Below are positions 38,223-48,950 of a stretch of DNA of 64,000 bases, piece by piece. A model generated the notes under the pieces. That model did not search any database and was not told the origin of the DNA. It was given only the letters and a program-made list of their open reading frames with translations. Made by a program: the position numbers and the translations under genes. Positions within the stretch are counted from its first letter, which is position 1; the number at the start of each line of letters is the position of its first letter. This stretch comes from Nemertoderma westbladi. Its lineage: Eukaryota > Animalia > Xenacoelomorpha. The DNA is taken from NCBI GenBank assembly GCA_032718475.1, contig JAUCBJ010007130.1:35686-99685 (forward strand), read 5' to 3'.

Positions 38223-40757
38223 TCATCTGTACCTCCTCACGTCCTCCTCCCTGGCCCGTTTCTTGGTTATCACTGTTCCTCTGGCATCATCCGCTTTCTG
38301 CTTCCGGACCTTCGCTGCCACTTCCTTGCTGATCCCGGTCGTCGGCTCCTTGGGCGCTGGTGTTATTAAAGCCCGATACCGCTTCGCCGGTGGCCCCTCA
38401 GAATGGCCTGGTTGTTTCCCTCGTGTGGCGTCCCATAGGATCATCTTCATTGCCTTTGGTACGTGTTCCGCCAAGAAATCCCTAAACTCCCTCCGGTTCT
38501 CTGGTGTCCACCTGTCCAGGTACCGTTGCGTGTTCATAACTCCGGCGAACGATGCCGCCGTAGCTACCTCTTGATAGGTAAACGGTAACCTTCGCTTTAT
38601 GATTTCCATGTGGGTCTCCTGGTTTATGAGGAAGAAACCCCACTTGAACTCTTGGGCCTTCATGCGCTGGCGCGTCATGGCCCCGACGTCGGCCCACTCC
38701 TCGAACCTCGTGAACTTCTCCTCGTCGCTCATCCAGTCGCACTCGCGTCCGTAGTGTCCCCGAAAGTGGCACTTTGGACATCGGTTATGCAACCGTGGAC
38801 ACGCCCCCATCCTGTGACTTGGTTCTCTACAATAGAGACAAAAGGTTCCCCGTTGGAACCGGTATAGGCAGCTGCTTTCCTGATGGGTCTGTCTCCCACA
38901 GTAGTCGCAGCCGAGTACCAATGTCTCGCGTCCCACCTCGTCCTTCGTCCCAAGCGATCTCCGCCGTCTATGGAGTCGCTGGTAGGCGAACTTCTCTACG
39001 TTGCTCTCCCTGTTTACGTCTATCTCTCCGCCCCTCTCGGGCATCGTCTCCCCGAATACTATCCGTGGTGCCGTCCCCGGTTGCTCGCCCAACCTGATGG
39101 TGCTCCCCGCGAAATCCATCGCCGGCCCCTCGTGCACCCAGGTCCGCTTGCCGGATCTGTTCCAGAAGGCCCTTGCCCCACTGGCCGTCACCACCCTTCC
39201 GCCAACCCAGTCCGTGTCCGAGTGGCCTATCCTTTCGATGGGCGGTATCTCTCCGAATTCGTCGTCGTCGTCCTCTTCTTCCGGTAGCGTCTCCAATCCC
39301 GGTATCCCGATGGATCCACTATGTCCCTTCCCGCCTTGGCTCTCGCCGGTAGCTCTCCATCCCTCTAGCTCCCTTAACTTCCTTGGCAGTTGGTCGCCCT
39401 CGGCGCCCGCTGGTATGGGCATCGTTTGCAACCCCGACGTCGACTGTTTCGGCGATCCCACCGTCCATCCCAATTCTCGTCCTAGAGACTCCCCCGAACT
39501 CCCTGACGAAGTCCAATGAAGCTCGTCTAGACCCGCCTGTTCCTCGAAGCCATAACTCTGTGTCCTGGCCTCCTCTTCCCTCTCCTCTGCTTCTATCCTC
39601 TCCCGTCTGGCGACTTCTTCCAGTCGCTTTGCTTCCCGTCTATCCATCTCTAGCTGCTCCCACCTCTGATACGGTGTATCTGTCTCCCCATCTACCAGAT
39701 GTCGGCTGTTGTAGTACACCGACTCGCCCTTCAGCCCCGGGTGGTCTACCAGACCGTCAAAGGCCACTTTAAAGGCTCTCCTGTAGCTTAGGGGTGATCC
39801 CGATAACAGAAATGCCCCTGGTTCTCTTTCGATAACTACGGTCATGAATAAGTTAAGTAAACTTATCATCATCCAGTCCTCCTGCAGGATATATCGCTTC
39901 TGATATACCTTTATCGCTCCTCTGCGAAACTGATATACCTCCTGCTTTCCCGGTCTCGCTCCCCACTTCAGCGAGTTCGCTAGTTCTGCTCCGTATTCTT
40001 CCCTAAACTTCCCCCAATCCATTGGTTTGTGGCATACGAGCCCCAATAATTGGCCCATCGCCACCGCCCCGCATTGGCCTGAGTTCTCGACCACCCCCAA
40101 TCCATCCGGTGCCGTCATAGCCATAAAGACTTTCTGCATATCCAGGAGGTTGGTGGCGTCCGGACCGATGATCCTCTCCGCGTCCTCGCGAATCGCCGAT
40201 CCCACTTTCGTCGTCGACTTCTCTCTTACTAAGACCTGTACCGCTTTCGGCAGTCGGTCTAATTTCGGCCCGTCCTTCTTCCCATACGTCCCTAAGTCGA
40301 ATAAGAAGATGTCCCCATTTGGCGCTGCCAAATGCAAGAGTATGGTCCTGGCCGACCCTGCCGTTCCTCGTCTCGAACCCGCTTCGTCTTCCACGGTTCC
40401 CTCGTCATCTAGGATCATATATCCTCCTCTGTTGACGGACTCTATGAATCTTTTCCAGTCCTTCCTCGGCGATTCCCTCGGATACTTCGGAATCCCGAAC
40501 TTCGCCTCGTCTCCTTTCACCACGTAGTGGAAGTGTTGGAAGATCGCGTTGTCCAGCGACGGCGTCCCGTAGGTCCCGACCAACCGCTGTTCGTGCGCCT
40601 CCCGGAAGTGATCCTGCAGCGCTCGTGCCGCGTGACCCCTTTCCAACCTCTCGTAGTATCCTCTCGTCTTCTCCTCCGGGTGTCTTTCGGTGAAATCCAC
40701 CAATATTTCTTTTCCTCCTGACTCCGCCTTTCTCTTCCTGACCAGCTTACTCGCCAT
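38223..40757 (-). CDS. Accessory protein of C: DEDDy (WRN/Mut-7/EXD-like) 3'-5' exonuclease, acidic linker, three CCHC knuckles and basic tail
   Basis: ExoI ILDDEG; LLHLAAPNGDIFLFDL; LPKAVQVLVREKSTTKVGSAIRED (ExoII); LLDMQ; ExoIII-like YQKRYILQED; CDYCGRQTHQESSC, CLYCREPSHRMGAC, CPKCHFRGHYGREC; uninterrupted ORF of about 844 aa from the first ATG. Confidence 0.8.
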   Translation of the reverse strand: MASKLVRKRKAESGGKEILVDFTERHPEEKTRGYYERLERGHAARALQDHFREAHEQRLVGTYGTPSLDNAIFQHFHYVVKGDEAKFGIPKYPRESPRKDWKRFIESVNRGGYMILDDEGTVEDEAGSRRGTAGSARTILLHLAAPNGDIFLFDLGTYGKKDGPKLDRLPKAVQVLVREKSTTKVGSAIREDAERIIGPDATNLLDMQKVFMAMTAPDGLGVVENSGQCGAVAMGQLLGLVCHKPMDWGKFREEYGAELANSLKWGARPGKQEVYQFRRGAIKVYQKRYILQEDWMMISLLNLFMTVVIEREPGAFLLSGSPLSYRRAFKVAFDGLVDHPGLKGESVYYNSRHLVDGETDTPYQRWEQLEMDRREAKRLEEVARRERIEAEEREEEARTQSYGFEEQAGLDELHWTSSGSSGESLGRELGWTVGSPKQSTSGLQTMPIPAGAEGDQLPRKLRELEGWRATGESQGGKGHSGSIGIPGLETLPEEEDDDDEFGEIPPIERIGHSDTDWVGGRVVTASGARAFWNRSGKRTWVHEGPAMDFAGSTIRLGEQPGTAPRIVFGETMPERGGEIDVNRESNVEKFAYQRLHRRRRSLGTKDEVGRETLVLGCDYCGRQTHQESSCLYRFQRGTFCLYCREPSHRMGACPRLHNRCPKCHFRGHYGRECDWMSDEEKFTRFEEWADVGAMTRQRMKAQEFKWGFFLINQETHMEIIKRRLPFTYQEVATAASFAGVMNTQRYLDRWTPENRREFRDFLAEHVPKAMKMILWDATRGKQPGHSEGPPAKRYRALITPAPKEPTTGISKEVAAKVRKQKADDARGTVITKKRAREEDVRRYR

Positions 40758-41259
40758 TCCGAACACTACACTCGCTCACCTGTAGGGTGGTGCCTTACCA
40801 AGGCGCAATACAGATGAGTGATGTATTAAGATGTTTCCTACAGTTCGATAATGGCCTACTTTTCTACTTAACTGCGCCTTTCAAGCTTAATTTAATCTAA
40901 TTAATTTCGGAGCTAGTAAATCAGCCTAATTTACAATTTCCGTCCGTTACTTTTATTATGTTCTAGAACGACTTTCTTTGTGTTACCATTATTTTTCGAT
41001 TTTTTTTAGCCCTATTCTATTTATTTTATTTGATTCTACTGTCCTAGTACTTACTACTGCCTATGGATTTATTCTATTCTCTCTCTGATCCATATTCTGG
41101 CCTACTCAGTGGGCCTATGCAGTACAGCAGTATGCGTCGTGTGGCCACACGATTTATCCAGCTGCACTCATATGCCCCCCTCTCGCTACTAACTCCACTT
41201 ACTGCTAACTAATATCTATATCCTATTTTACCCCTTTTACCTCTTACTCTCTCTCTCTA

Positions 41260-43310
41260 ACTAATGGTACTACGTACCCTCTAACTCTAACTCTAACTAG
41301 GTACTACGTACCTACTAGCTCTAACTCTAACTAGGTACTACGTACCTACTAACTCTAACTCTATCGGTACTACCTACCCTCTAACTCTAACTAGGCATTA
41401 CGTACCCTCTAACTCTAACTAGGTACTACGTACCTTCTAACTCTAACTCTAACTAGGTACTACGTACCTACTAACTCTAACTAGGTACTACGTACCTTCT
41501 AACTCTAACTCTAACTAGGTACTACGTACCTACTAACTAACTAACTCTAACTAGGTACTACGTACCTACTAACTCTAACTCTATCGGTACTACCTACCCT
41601 CTAACTCTAACTCTAACTAGGCATTACGCACCCTCTAACTCTAACTCTAACTCTAACTAGGTACTACGTACCTACTAACCCTCTAACTATCGGTACTACG
41701 TACCCTCTAACTAACTAACTCTAACTAGGTACTACGTACCTACTAACTCTAACTCTCTACTAAGTCTAACTAACTCCTACTAACTTTCTACTTCTACTAA
41801 CTCTACTTGACTCCTCTGAGTCTACCAACTCTGCTAACTAGCTCTACTAACTCTACTCCACTAGCTCTAACTACGTGGCGCTTGCGGTGCCCACAACCCC
41901 TTTACTATATGGCACCCTATGTGCCCTCTCTGCTCTACTCTACTACCTGGCACCCTATGTGCCCTCTCTACTACACTACTACCTCTCTAACTCTACTACC
42001 TGGCACCCTATGTGCCCTCTCTACTCTACTCTACTACCTGGCACCCTGTGTGCCCTCTCTACTACACTACTACCTCTCTAACTTACTACCTGGCACCCTA
42101 TGTGCCCGTCTCTACTCTTCTACTCTCTGGCACCCTATGTGCCCGTCTCTACTCCTCTACATCCCCTTTACGTCTCATCGCCTACACGTGACGCTCTGAG
42201 TGCCGGGAGAGTGGGTACGTTAATTATGTGAACTACTACTGACTCTACTAACTCTCTTCTAACTCTACTAACTCTTTTTGTGCCCGGCACCTCTTGTGCA
42301 CGGCACCTTCTAACTCTACTAACTCTCTACGTGGCGCTAACGGTGCCCACAACCACAACCGGTACTACGTACCCTCTTACTAACTCTACCTCTATCTACG
42401 TGGCGCTAACGGTGCCCACAACCACAACCGGTACTACGTACCCTCTTACTAACCTCTAACTCCCACTAACTCTAATTAACATACCCTGCTCTTACATCAA
42501 ACACATCATCACGCCCGTGCCCCACTAAGTTCAGCGCATTCCCTTCTAACTCTAACTACGTGGCGCTTACGGTGCCCACAACCCTCTACTGCTACTACTA
42601 ACACCCCTAACTAGCGGTACTACGTACCCTCTTACTACTCTAGCTCTCTCTACTAGCTAGCGGTACTACGTACCCTCTTACTCTTACTAACTCTCTAACG
42701 GTACTACGTACCCCTTAACTCCTACTCTCTAACGGTACTGCGTACCCTCTAACTCTTACTCTAACTCCACTAACTAACGGTACTACGTACCCTCTAACTC
42801 TTACTCTCTAATCGGTACTTACGTACCCTCTAACTCCTACTCTCTAACGGTACTACGTACCCTCTAACTCTAACTCTATCTAGGTACCACGTACCTACTG
42901 ACTCTCTAACTAACTCTAGGTACTACGTACCTACTAACTCTAACTCTAACTAGCGGTACTACGTACCCTCTAACTCTCTTCTACTAACGGTACTACACGT
43001 ACCCTCCTACTAACTCTTCTACTAACGGTACTACACGTACCCTCCTACTAACTCTTCTACTAACGGTACTACACGTACCCTCCTACTAACTCTTCTACTA
43101 ACGGTACTACACGTACCCTCCTACTAACTCTTCTACTAACGGTACTACACGTACCCTCCTACTAACTCTTCTACTAACGGTACTACACGTACCCTCCTAC
43201 TAACTCTTCTACTAACGGTACTATACGTACCCTCCTACTAACTCTTCTACTAACGGTACTACACGTACCCTCCTACTAACTAACTAACTAACTAACTACC
43301 TAACTTCTAC
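41260..43310. repeat. About 2-kb strand-biased minisatellite/hairpin array inside C, including eight 38-bp tandem units at 42981-43281
   Basis: CTCTAA/CTAA spacers separating GGTAC-TAC-GTACC and GGCAC-CCTAT-GTGCC mini-palindromes; unit CTACTAACGGTACTACACGTACCCTCCTACTAACTCTT. Confidence 0.92.
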
Positions 43311-43336
43311 CTACTCTATTATTTAATTATTTTTAA

Positions 43337-46300
43337 TTAAATAATTATTTTATATTTTGTGCGTGGGAAGGGCGTCTCGCCCTCATTCCCACCCCCCTCA
43401 GTCCAAAACTTTGGACGACTAAAAACTCTCACGTGCCCCTTCTTCCGGTAGGCACTCTCCTGCTGCCCTCCTATACGTCCTCTAACTCTTCGCCACACTC
43501 TCTTCGGTGCCACCTTTGCTGGCCTCCCCCTTCGTATGTGCGCTGGCATTAAAGCCCTCGACGACCCCCGCTCGTCCCTCGGTATACGCGGTGTCTGCCC
43601 GTGCAATGCCCCCTCGCACTGTGTCCGTCCTGCGTGTGTATGCAACACGCCTCCTTCTACTTTCCCGACTCCCTTATGTTTGCTCATGGGCTTCTCTGCC
43701 CCTGGTCTAGTCCTTTCATATCCTCTCCCTTTCCAACACTCTCCGGATCTGTGTCCTTTTACCACACATCGATGACATAGTCCGTTTGCGTCTGTGTAGG
43801 CTACACGATCTCGTTTGGGCAACGCTTGCCAGTACTTGCAACTCCTGGTCTTATGGGTTCCGTCCCGATGTAATTGACATTGGAATCCTGGATTATAGCG
43901 TTTCCTGTATAGTCCTTCACGTATCGCGCTTAGGTTTATATGTACCGATTTAATGTTTTGGTTGTCTAGACTCGGCCTACTGGGTATATTGGGATTGTGT
44001 TTATTTTTGGTGTTATTTTCTTTCTGTCCCTGCCACGGTGTGGCCCTGCTCCCACCTAACTGTGGACTAGCAGTCCCCTGTACGGCCGCGTGTGGTGGTG
44101 ACTGTCCGCACGACCTGCTCTCGTCCAGGGAGTTCGATGTTCTTGCTCCTATCGGGGTATATTGTCGATATTGTGATGGGGGAATGTCACCCTGTCCCCC
44201 CCCGGCCGGTATGTTTGGTACTGGGGTTGATGTTAATACATTGGGGCCCATACGTCTATCTCCAATAACTCCCCCCTCCCCTGGATATATGTTATGTCCC
44301 TGTGTATTATAGTCATGCTGCTGTACCGATATAGGCCTACCTACCTCTCGCCTACCTACCGGTATGTACTCCGCGACTTCCGGGTTTAATTCCGTCGTTC
44401 GCGCTACCCCATCGCCTACTCTATCTCTCCCAGCATGGCCTATAATAGTATGTGCAGTAAGGCCTACAGTATGTCCTGCAGTCTGCATGTGCCCTTCCGA
44501 ACCGAAGTTTATTCTTCGCGAATCTCGAATCTCCCCGCGACTACCGTACTCTCGATCGGCAGCTATATCCCGTCGGGAAGCTTCTCTTCGATCCCCTCTC
44601 CTGTTCTCGTCTTCGTATCTGGTACGTCCTGTACCCCTCTCTTGGCGTGCGGTGCGTTTCTCCGGGGCGACGGCAATCTCCCGAAGTTCGACCCCACTGA
44701 CTCCCTAACTCCATCTCTACTATCGACGGTCCGTTATCCGTCCTCGCACTCCTATCGTTCGTGGCGACACTTCTTCTACTATCTTCTCTTCTTCTCTTTT
44801 CTGTGTAGTATTCCGGCTCGTGAGGTCTCTCGTCGACCTCCCGGTTAAACTCCACTGTTCTTCTTCCCTCTTCTGGTCGGGCTCGACGCTTCGTCTGCCC
44901 TCTCGCGACGTCAACCTGCCTCTCTCTGCTCGATCGCACGCCGCTGGGGATACTCGCAATCCCCCTATTACTCTCCGTCGCCGGCTGTTGCGGTTTACCT
45001 ATTTCGGCCCTCGCATTATCCGCTGACGGCTGTGGGACACTCTCTGCCCCCCCTCTCTCTCTACTAACTTCTCGCGGTGGGGTGTCCGTAGCCCCCCCCC
45101 ACCCGCCACTTCTAACTTCACTACCTCTTACTACACTTCTACACCCCTCTTGTGGGGCATTCTCTGCCCCCCCTCTCTCGCCACTAATCTTATGTGGTGG
45201 GGCGCCCGTAGCCCCCCCCCACCCGCCACATCTAACTTCACTATCTCTCACTTCGTCTCTACACCCCTCTCTAGTCGACGCACTGTCTCTACTACGGCTG
45301 GGTCTATTCACCCCCGCCTCTCTCTCTACTACTGCGTGGCCCATCAGGCCTACTTCGGGTTGGCTCAACCCCGCTTCCTCCTGCCTACCAACTACGTGGC
45401 CTACCAGGCCGCCGTCGGGTTGGCTCAACCCTGCCACTTCCTGCCTACTAACTACGTGGCCTACCAGGCCCTCGTCTGCTGAGTTATGTACGTCCGACAC
45501 GCTCATATTAATAGCACCATTCCCAATATTATTTGTTAAATCAATTAAATTATTAGAATTTGAAACAGGATTATTATTTAAATTATTTAAATTACTTAGA
45601 TCACTACTATTCTCTAGACTTAAATTATTATCCGAATTATTTTGCGGGTTTGAATTGAAATTATTATTTAGAGTATTTGTATTTAAATTTAAATTACTAC
45701 TACCCGGTAAAATATTATTTCCTGTAATAAAGGGATTAGGGTTATTTACTACGGTACTATTAACATTAACTGTCTCTAACGTACTACTACTACACCCCCC
45801 GCCCGTACGGCTACACCAGTTCTGGTTCTCCCGCCCGGTGCCTGTAAGTGGGGGCTCACTCTCTGATATCTCCAACCGCGCCAGTTCTAGTCGGCGCCGT
45901 TTAAGTTTGGCCCGATATTGCGCAAGCAGCGCCAGTCGGTCAAGCAAAAGATATCGCTCACGCTTTTGCTTTAACTCTCTCTCTCCGCACTCTCGGGACT
46001 CTCTCGCAAGCATCCCAGGCTGCCTCGCCGGCTCGCTCTCTATTCTCCCGGTTATTATCGCGATATGCTCCCGCTCTCTACGCTCCTCGGCCCTCTCTCT
46101 ATCCTCCCTTACCAACTCTAATAATGCGGTTTGCTCTCTCAATTGCCCCTCTAACTGTTTCCGCTCTGCCGCCGCCTTTTCTAATTTATACGCCACGCGT
46201 TCACTCTCTCGCACCCTTCTTTCTTTTGCGGAGGATGTAGCAGACTTATCGGTTGCGACGGACTCCCGTCGCCCCTCCGTCCTACTAACTTTCCCCCGCT

Positions 46301-47007
46301 TCCCGGAACTTCCTCCGACCGACGAGACCGAATCCTCGGAGTTAACCTCGGATTCGCCCTCCCCAGGTCTCTTCCAACCCACTAACCTAAATTCCCTGGC
46401 ATCGACTAAGTATGGCCCTATGTACACTACACCAGGCCCCATACCCCTACGTTCCCATAGTTTAAACAGTTCGAAGGCAACCCCTCTCGCTCTCTCCCTG
46501 GCCAGTTCTCCCTGCCCAGAACGCACTAGGTGATCAAAGTATCTGTTCGACTCACCTAGTCGTCTCCTCAGTCTCACCTCGTCTATCTTCGCCCCTCCTT
46601 TGGCCTCTCTCAGTTGCTCCCGGGTCGCGAGGTAGGCCCGTCGAAGTCGATCAGAAACCCCGACGTCCTCGTCGCCGACCTCTCCTCCATCTCTCCGGGT
46701 CCGACGTCGTACCGACGGCCCCACCGTCGCCGTTCCGGTGGACCGTTCGTCGTCCTCGGCCTGTGGCTGACCGGTGACATCGGTATGTCGACCCTCGCTC
46801 CGCGTCGACTCGTCTTTCTCTTCTCTCCGTCTCGCTCTCTCTCTCTCTTGGCTCGACTTCGGGTTCCAGGCCCTCCTCGTCCTGTGCTTCCGGTTCGCCC
46901 GTTATCGATGGCTCCGGCGTCGTGGGCCTGTATCGTTTGGTCGCGGCCTCGCGGATCGTTAGGTCTTCGTCCGGGGTCCGCGTCGGTGTCTCGCCCGATT
47001 CACTCAT
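43337..47007 (-). pseudogene. Gag-like ORF of C, split into three frames (46651-47007, 44541-46724, 43337-44488)
   Basis: Begins just after the 5' LTR; coiled-coil and low-complexity regions; C-terminal CQLHRDGTHKTRSC...LCHRCVVKGHRSGEC resembles Bel/Pao Gag knuckle spacing; apparent frameshifts near 46750 and 44710. Confidence 0.6.
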
Positions 47008-47087
47008 CTCGTTTGCTCGATGGAGTTCGACTAGCTAGGGTGGAGTTCTTTGAGTTTAACTAGGGGCGGCAGCTCGGTTTTAGTTAC

Positions 47088-47624
47088 TGTGACGGGATCC
47101 AAGAGGGATCCCGATTTATCCGGTTGTGGTAATTTAGTCCACGCGTCCCCGCCGTGTATAAGGATGAAATAAAGTGACTGAGTTCTGAAGTTCGGTGTAT
47201 AATAGGAAGTTATAAGATATAGATATTGTGAATGTGTACAAGGCGGGATACGGTAACTAAAGTCCCGTGATCCCCTAACTAAACTAATTGGCTGTACCCT
47301 ACGCTAGCACTGCTGCACTTGAGATAACTGAATCACTGATTAATAGGTTATTGGTTATATTGCACGGTGGCCTTACTGCTACTCAATCGATGCCGTTCCC
47401 CCCTCTGATTGGTTAATACCCTTGTTGGCGCCCCGTGGAGTATTCCCGTTAACTCCACCTGTTCTCCTTGGGTTAGGGGTTTGGCCCCTGACCCTCTATT
47501 GTGTGCTTCCTTCCCATTCTTATTGGGATGGCGCGAGTTGGTTAATTACCCAATCTCGCGGCTCCCAATATTGCTTATCGGCTAATAACTTTATGGGGTG
47601 TTGGCGGGATTGAATAAGCTAACA
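47088..47624 (-). repeat. 5' LTR of element C
   Basis: 537 bp; followed on the sense strand by GTAACTAAA (47079-47087), complementary to LTR positions 47253-47261. Confidence 0.95.
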
Positions 47625-47629
47625 GATGG

Positions 47630-48950
47630 GTTGATACGTGTTGGAGGAAGGTTAACGAATGCCCCATTATCCTTTGATACTAAGTTCCCCATACTCATTA
47701 GAAATCTTGAAATACAAGTCAAGATGATTGTAGATGTTCACAGCAAACTTTATCATGCTGGTAGAGAACGAGTTCTTAGCGAAATTCGAACTCGCTATTA
47801 TTTTTATAAACCCCGTAGAGCTCTGAACCAAGTTCTTAGGAACTGTATACCCTGTAGGAAAGCATTCAGTAGGCCTTTAACACAGAGAGAGGCAGAATTA
47901 CCTAGGGAACGAGTAAGCTTTTATGAACCACCCTTTACTAATACCGGTGTGGATTTATTTGGCCCTATTGAAGTATATCGTGCTAGGACTATAGTCAAGA
48001 GATGGTGTGTAATCTTTGTTTGTATGACTTGTAGAGCCATCCATCTCGATATGGTGAACGATTTATCTACCAACAGCTTTCTATTAAGCTTACGACGACA
48101 GATCGCTCGCTTTGGCACTAGTAACACGATGAGATCTGATAAGGGAACCAACTTCATTGGTGCCAACAATGAAATCAAAGCTTACGTCAAAGATTGGAAC
48201 CAAAGACAGGTGGATGACCAACTACGAGTAACAGCGTCTAGTTGGACCTTCAACGCCGCCGACGCCCCTTGGTGGGGAGGAAGTTGGGAGAGATTAATAA
48301 GAAGCGTGAAGACAGCATTTCATTTTATAGTGCCTTGCCGCGCTTATCTCACCGACGAACTTTTGCGGACGTTAATGGAAGAAATCGCCGCCTATCTCAA
48401 TGAGAGACCGCTTATGCCAGTCTCATCGAGTCCCGATTCCCTGGAAGCGCTAACACCCGTGCACTTCCTACTGAAGAAACCTGTAGCCATGCTCCCACAA
48501 TCGGAAATCACAGACGGAGACGAATACTGCCGACAAACTTGGCAACTCATGCAGTTGTTATCCCGTCGTTTCGCTGACCATTTCGAAAAACATTATCTGC
48601 CCACGCTACAACTTCGAACTAAGTGGTTTGCGCAGCAAGAAAACGTTAGCGCTGGAGACATGGTTCTTATTGTGGATGTAGATCTTCCACGTAAGAGGTG
48701 GCAGACAGGTCGTATCATCGAGACCCACATCTCGGATGACGGTTTGGTGCGATCGGTAGAACTCGTCGTCATGCGACGTAACTTCAAGAAACCGGGAATT
48801 GTCTTCGAGACGCAGCAGCTCAACCGCCCGGTGGGACGTTTATGTTTACTGGAAAGAGACAGAGAACTCTCCGGAAACTATGGGAGACAAGATACTCTTC
48901 CCACGACCACCTCCCTAATCCAACAAACATCTAGGGACTCCACAACTTAA
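47630..48950 (+). CDS. pol: Element A integrase (remainder of pol copy 2)
   Basis: HHCC, GVDLFGP, SDKGTNF, WERLIRSVK, DUF5641-like tail; resumes exactly after TSD GATGG. Confidence 0.92.

Larger units (their letters stand above)
36973..47624 (-). mobile_element. Non-autonomous (pol-less) LTR retroelement C, 10.65 kb
   Basis: 537-bp TG...CA LTRs that appear identical; 5-bp TSD GATGG (36968-36972, 47625-47629); PPT GGGGGGGAG on minus strand at 37510-37518; no RT/RH/IN motifs seen. Confidence 0.93.

Noticed and set aside
41270-41760. Telomeric repeat tract
   Set aside because: CTCTAA/TTAGAG is irregular, interspersed with hairpin motifs and internal to an LTR element; it is not a canonical TTAGG or TTAGGG array
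42981-43281. CRISPR-like regular repeat
   Set aside because: Units are head-to-tail with no unique spacers, there are no cas genes, and the context is a eukaryotic retroelement; it is a minisatellite
45082-46533. 483-aa plus-strand ORF and other antisense ORFs over gag/pol/ORF2
   Set aside because: In-register antisense shadows of real coding sequence with no recognisable motifs
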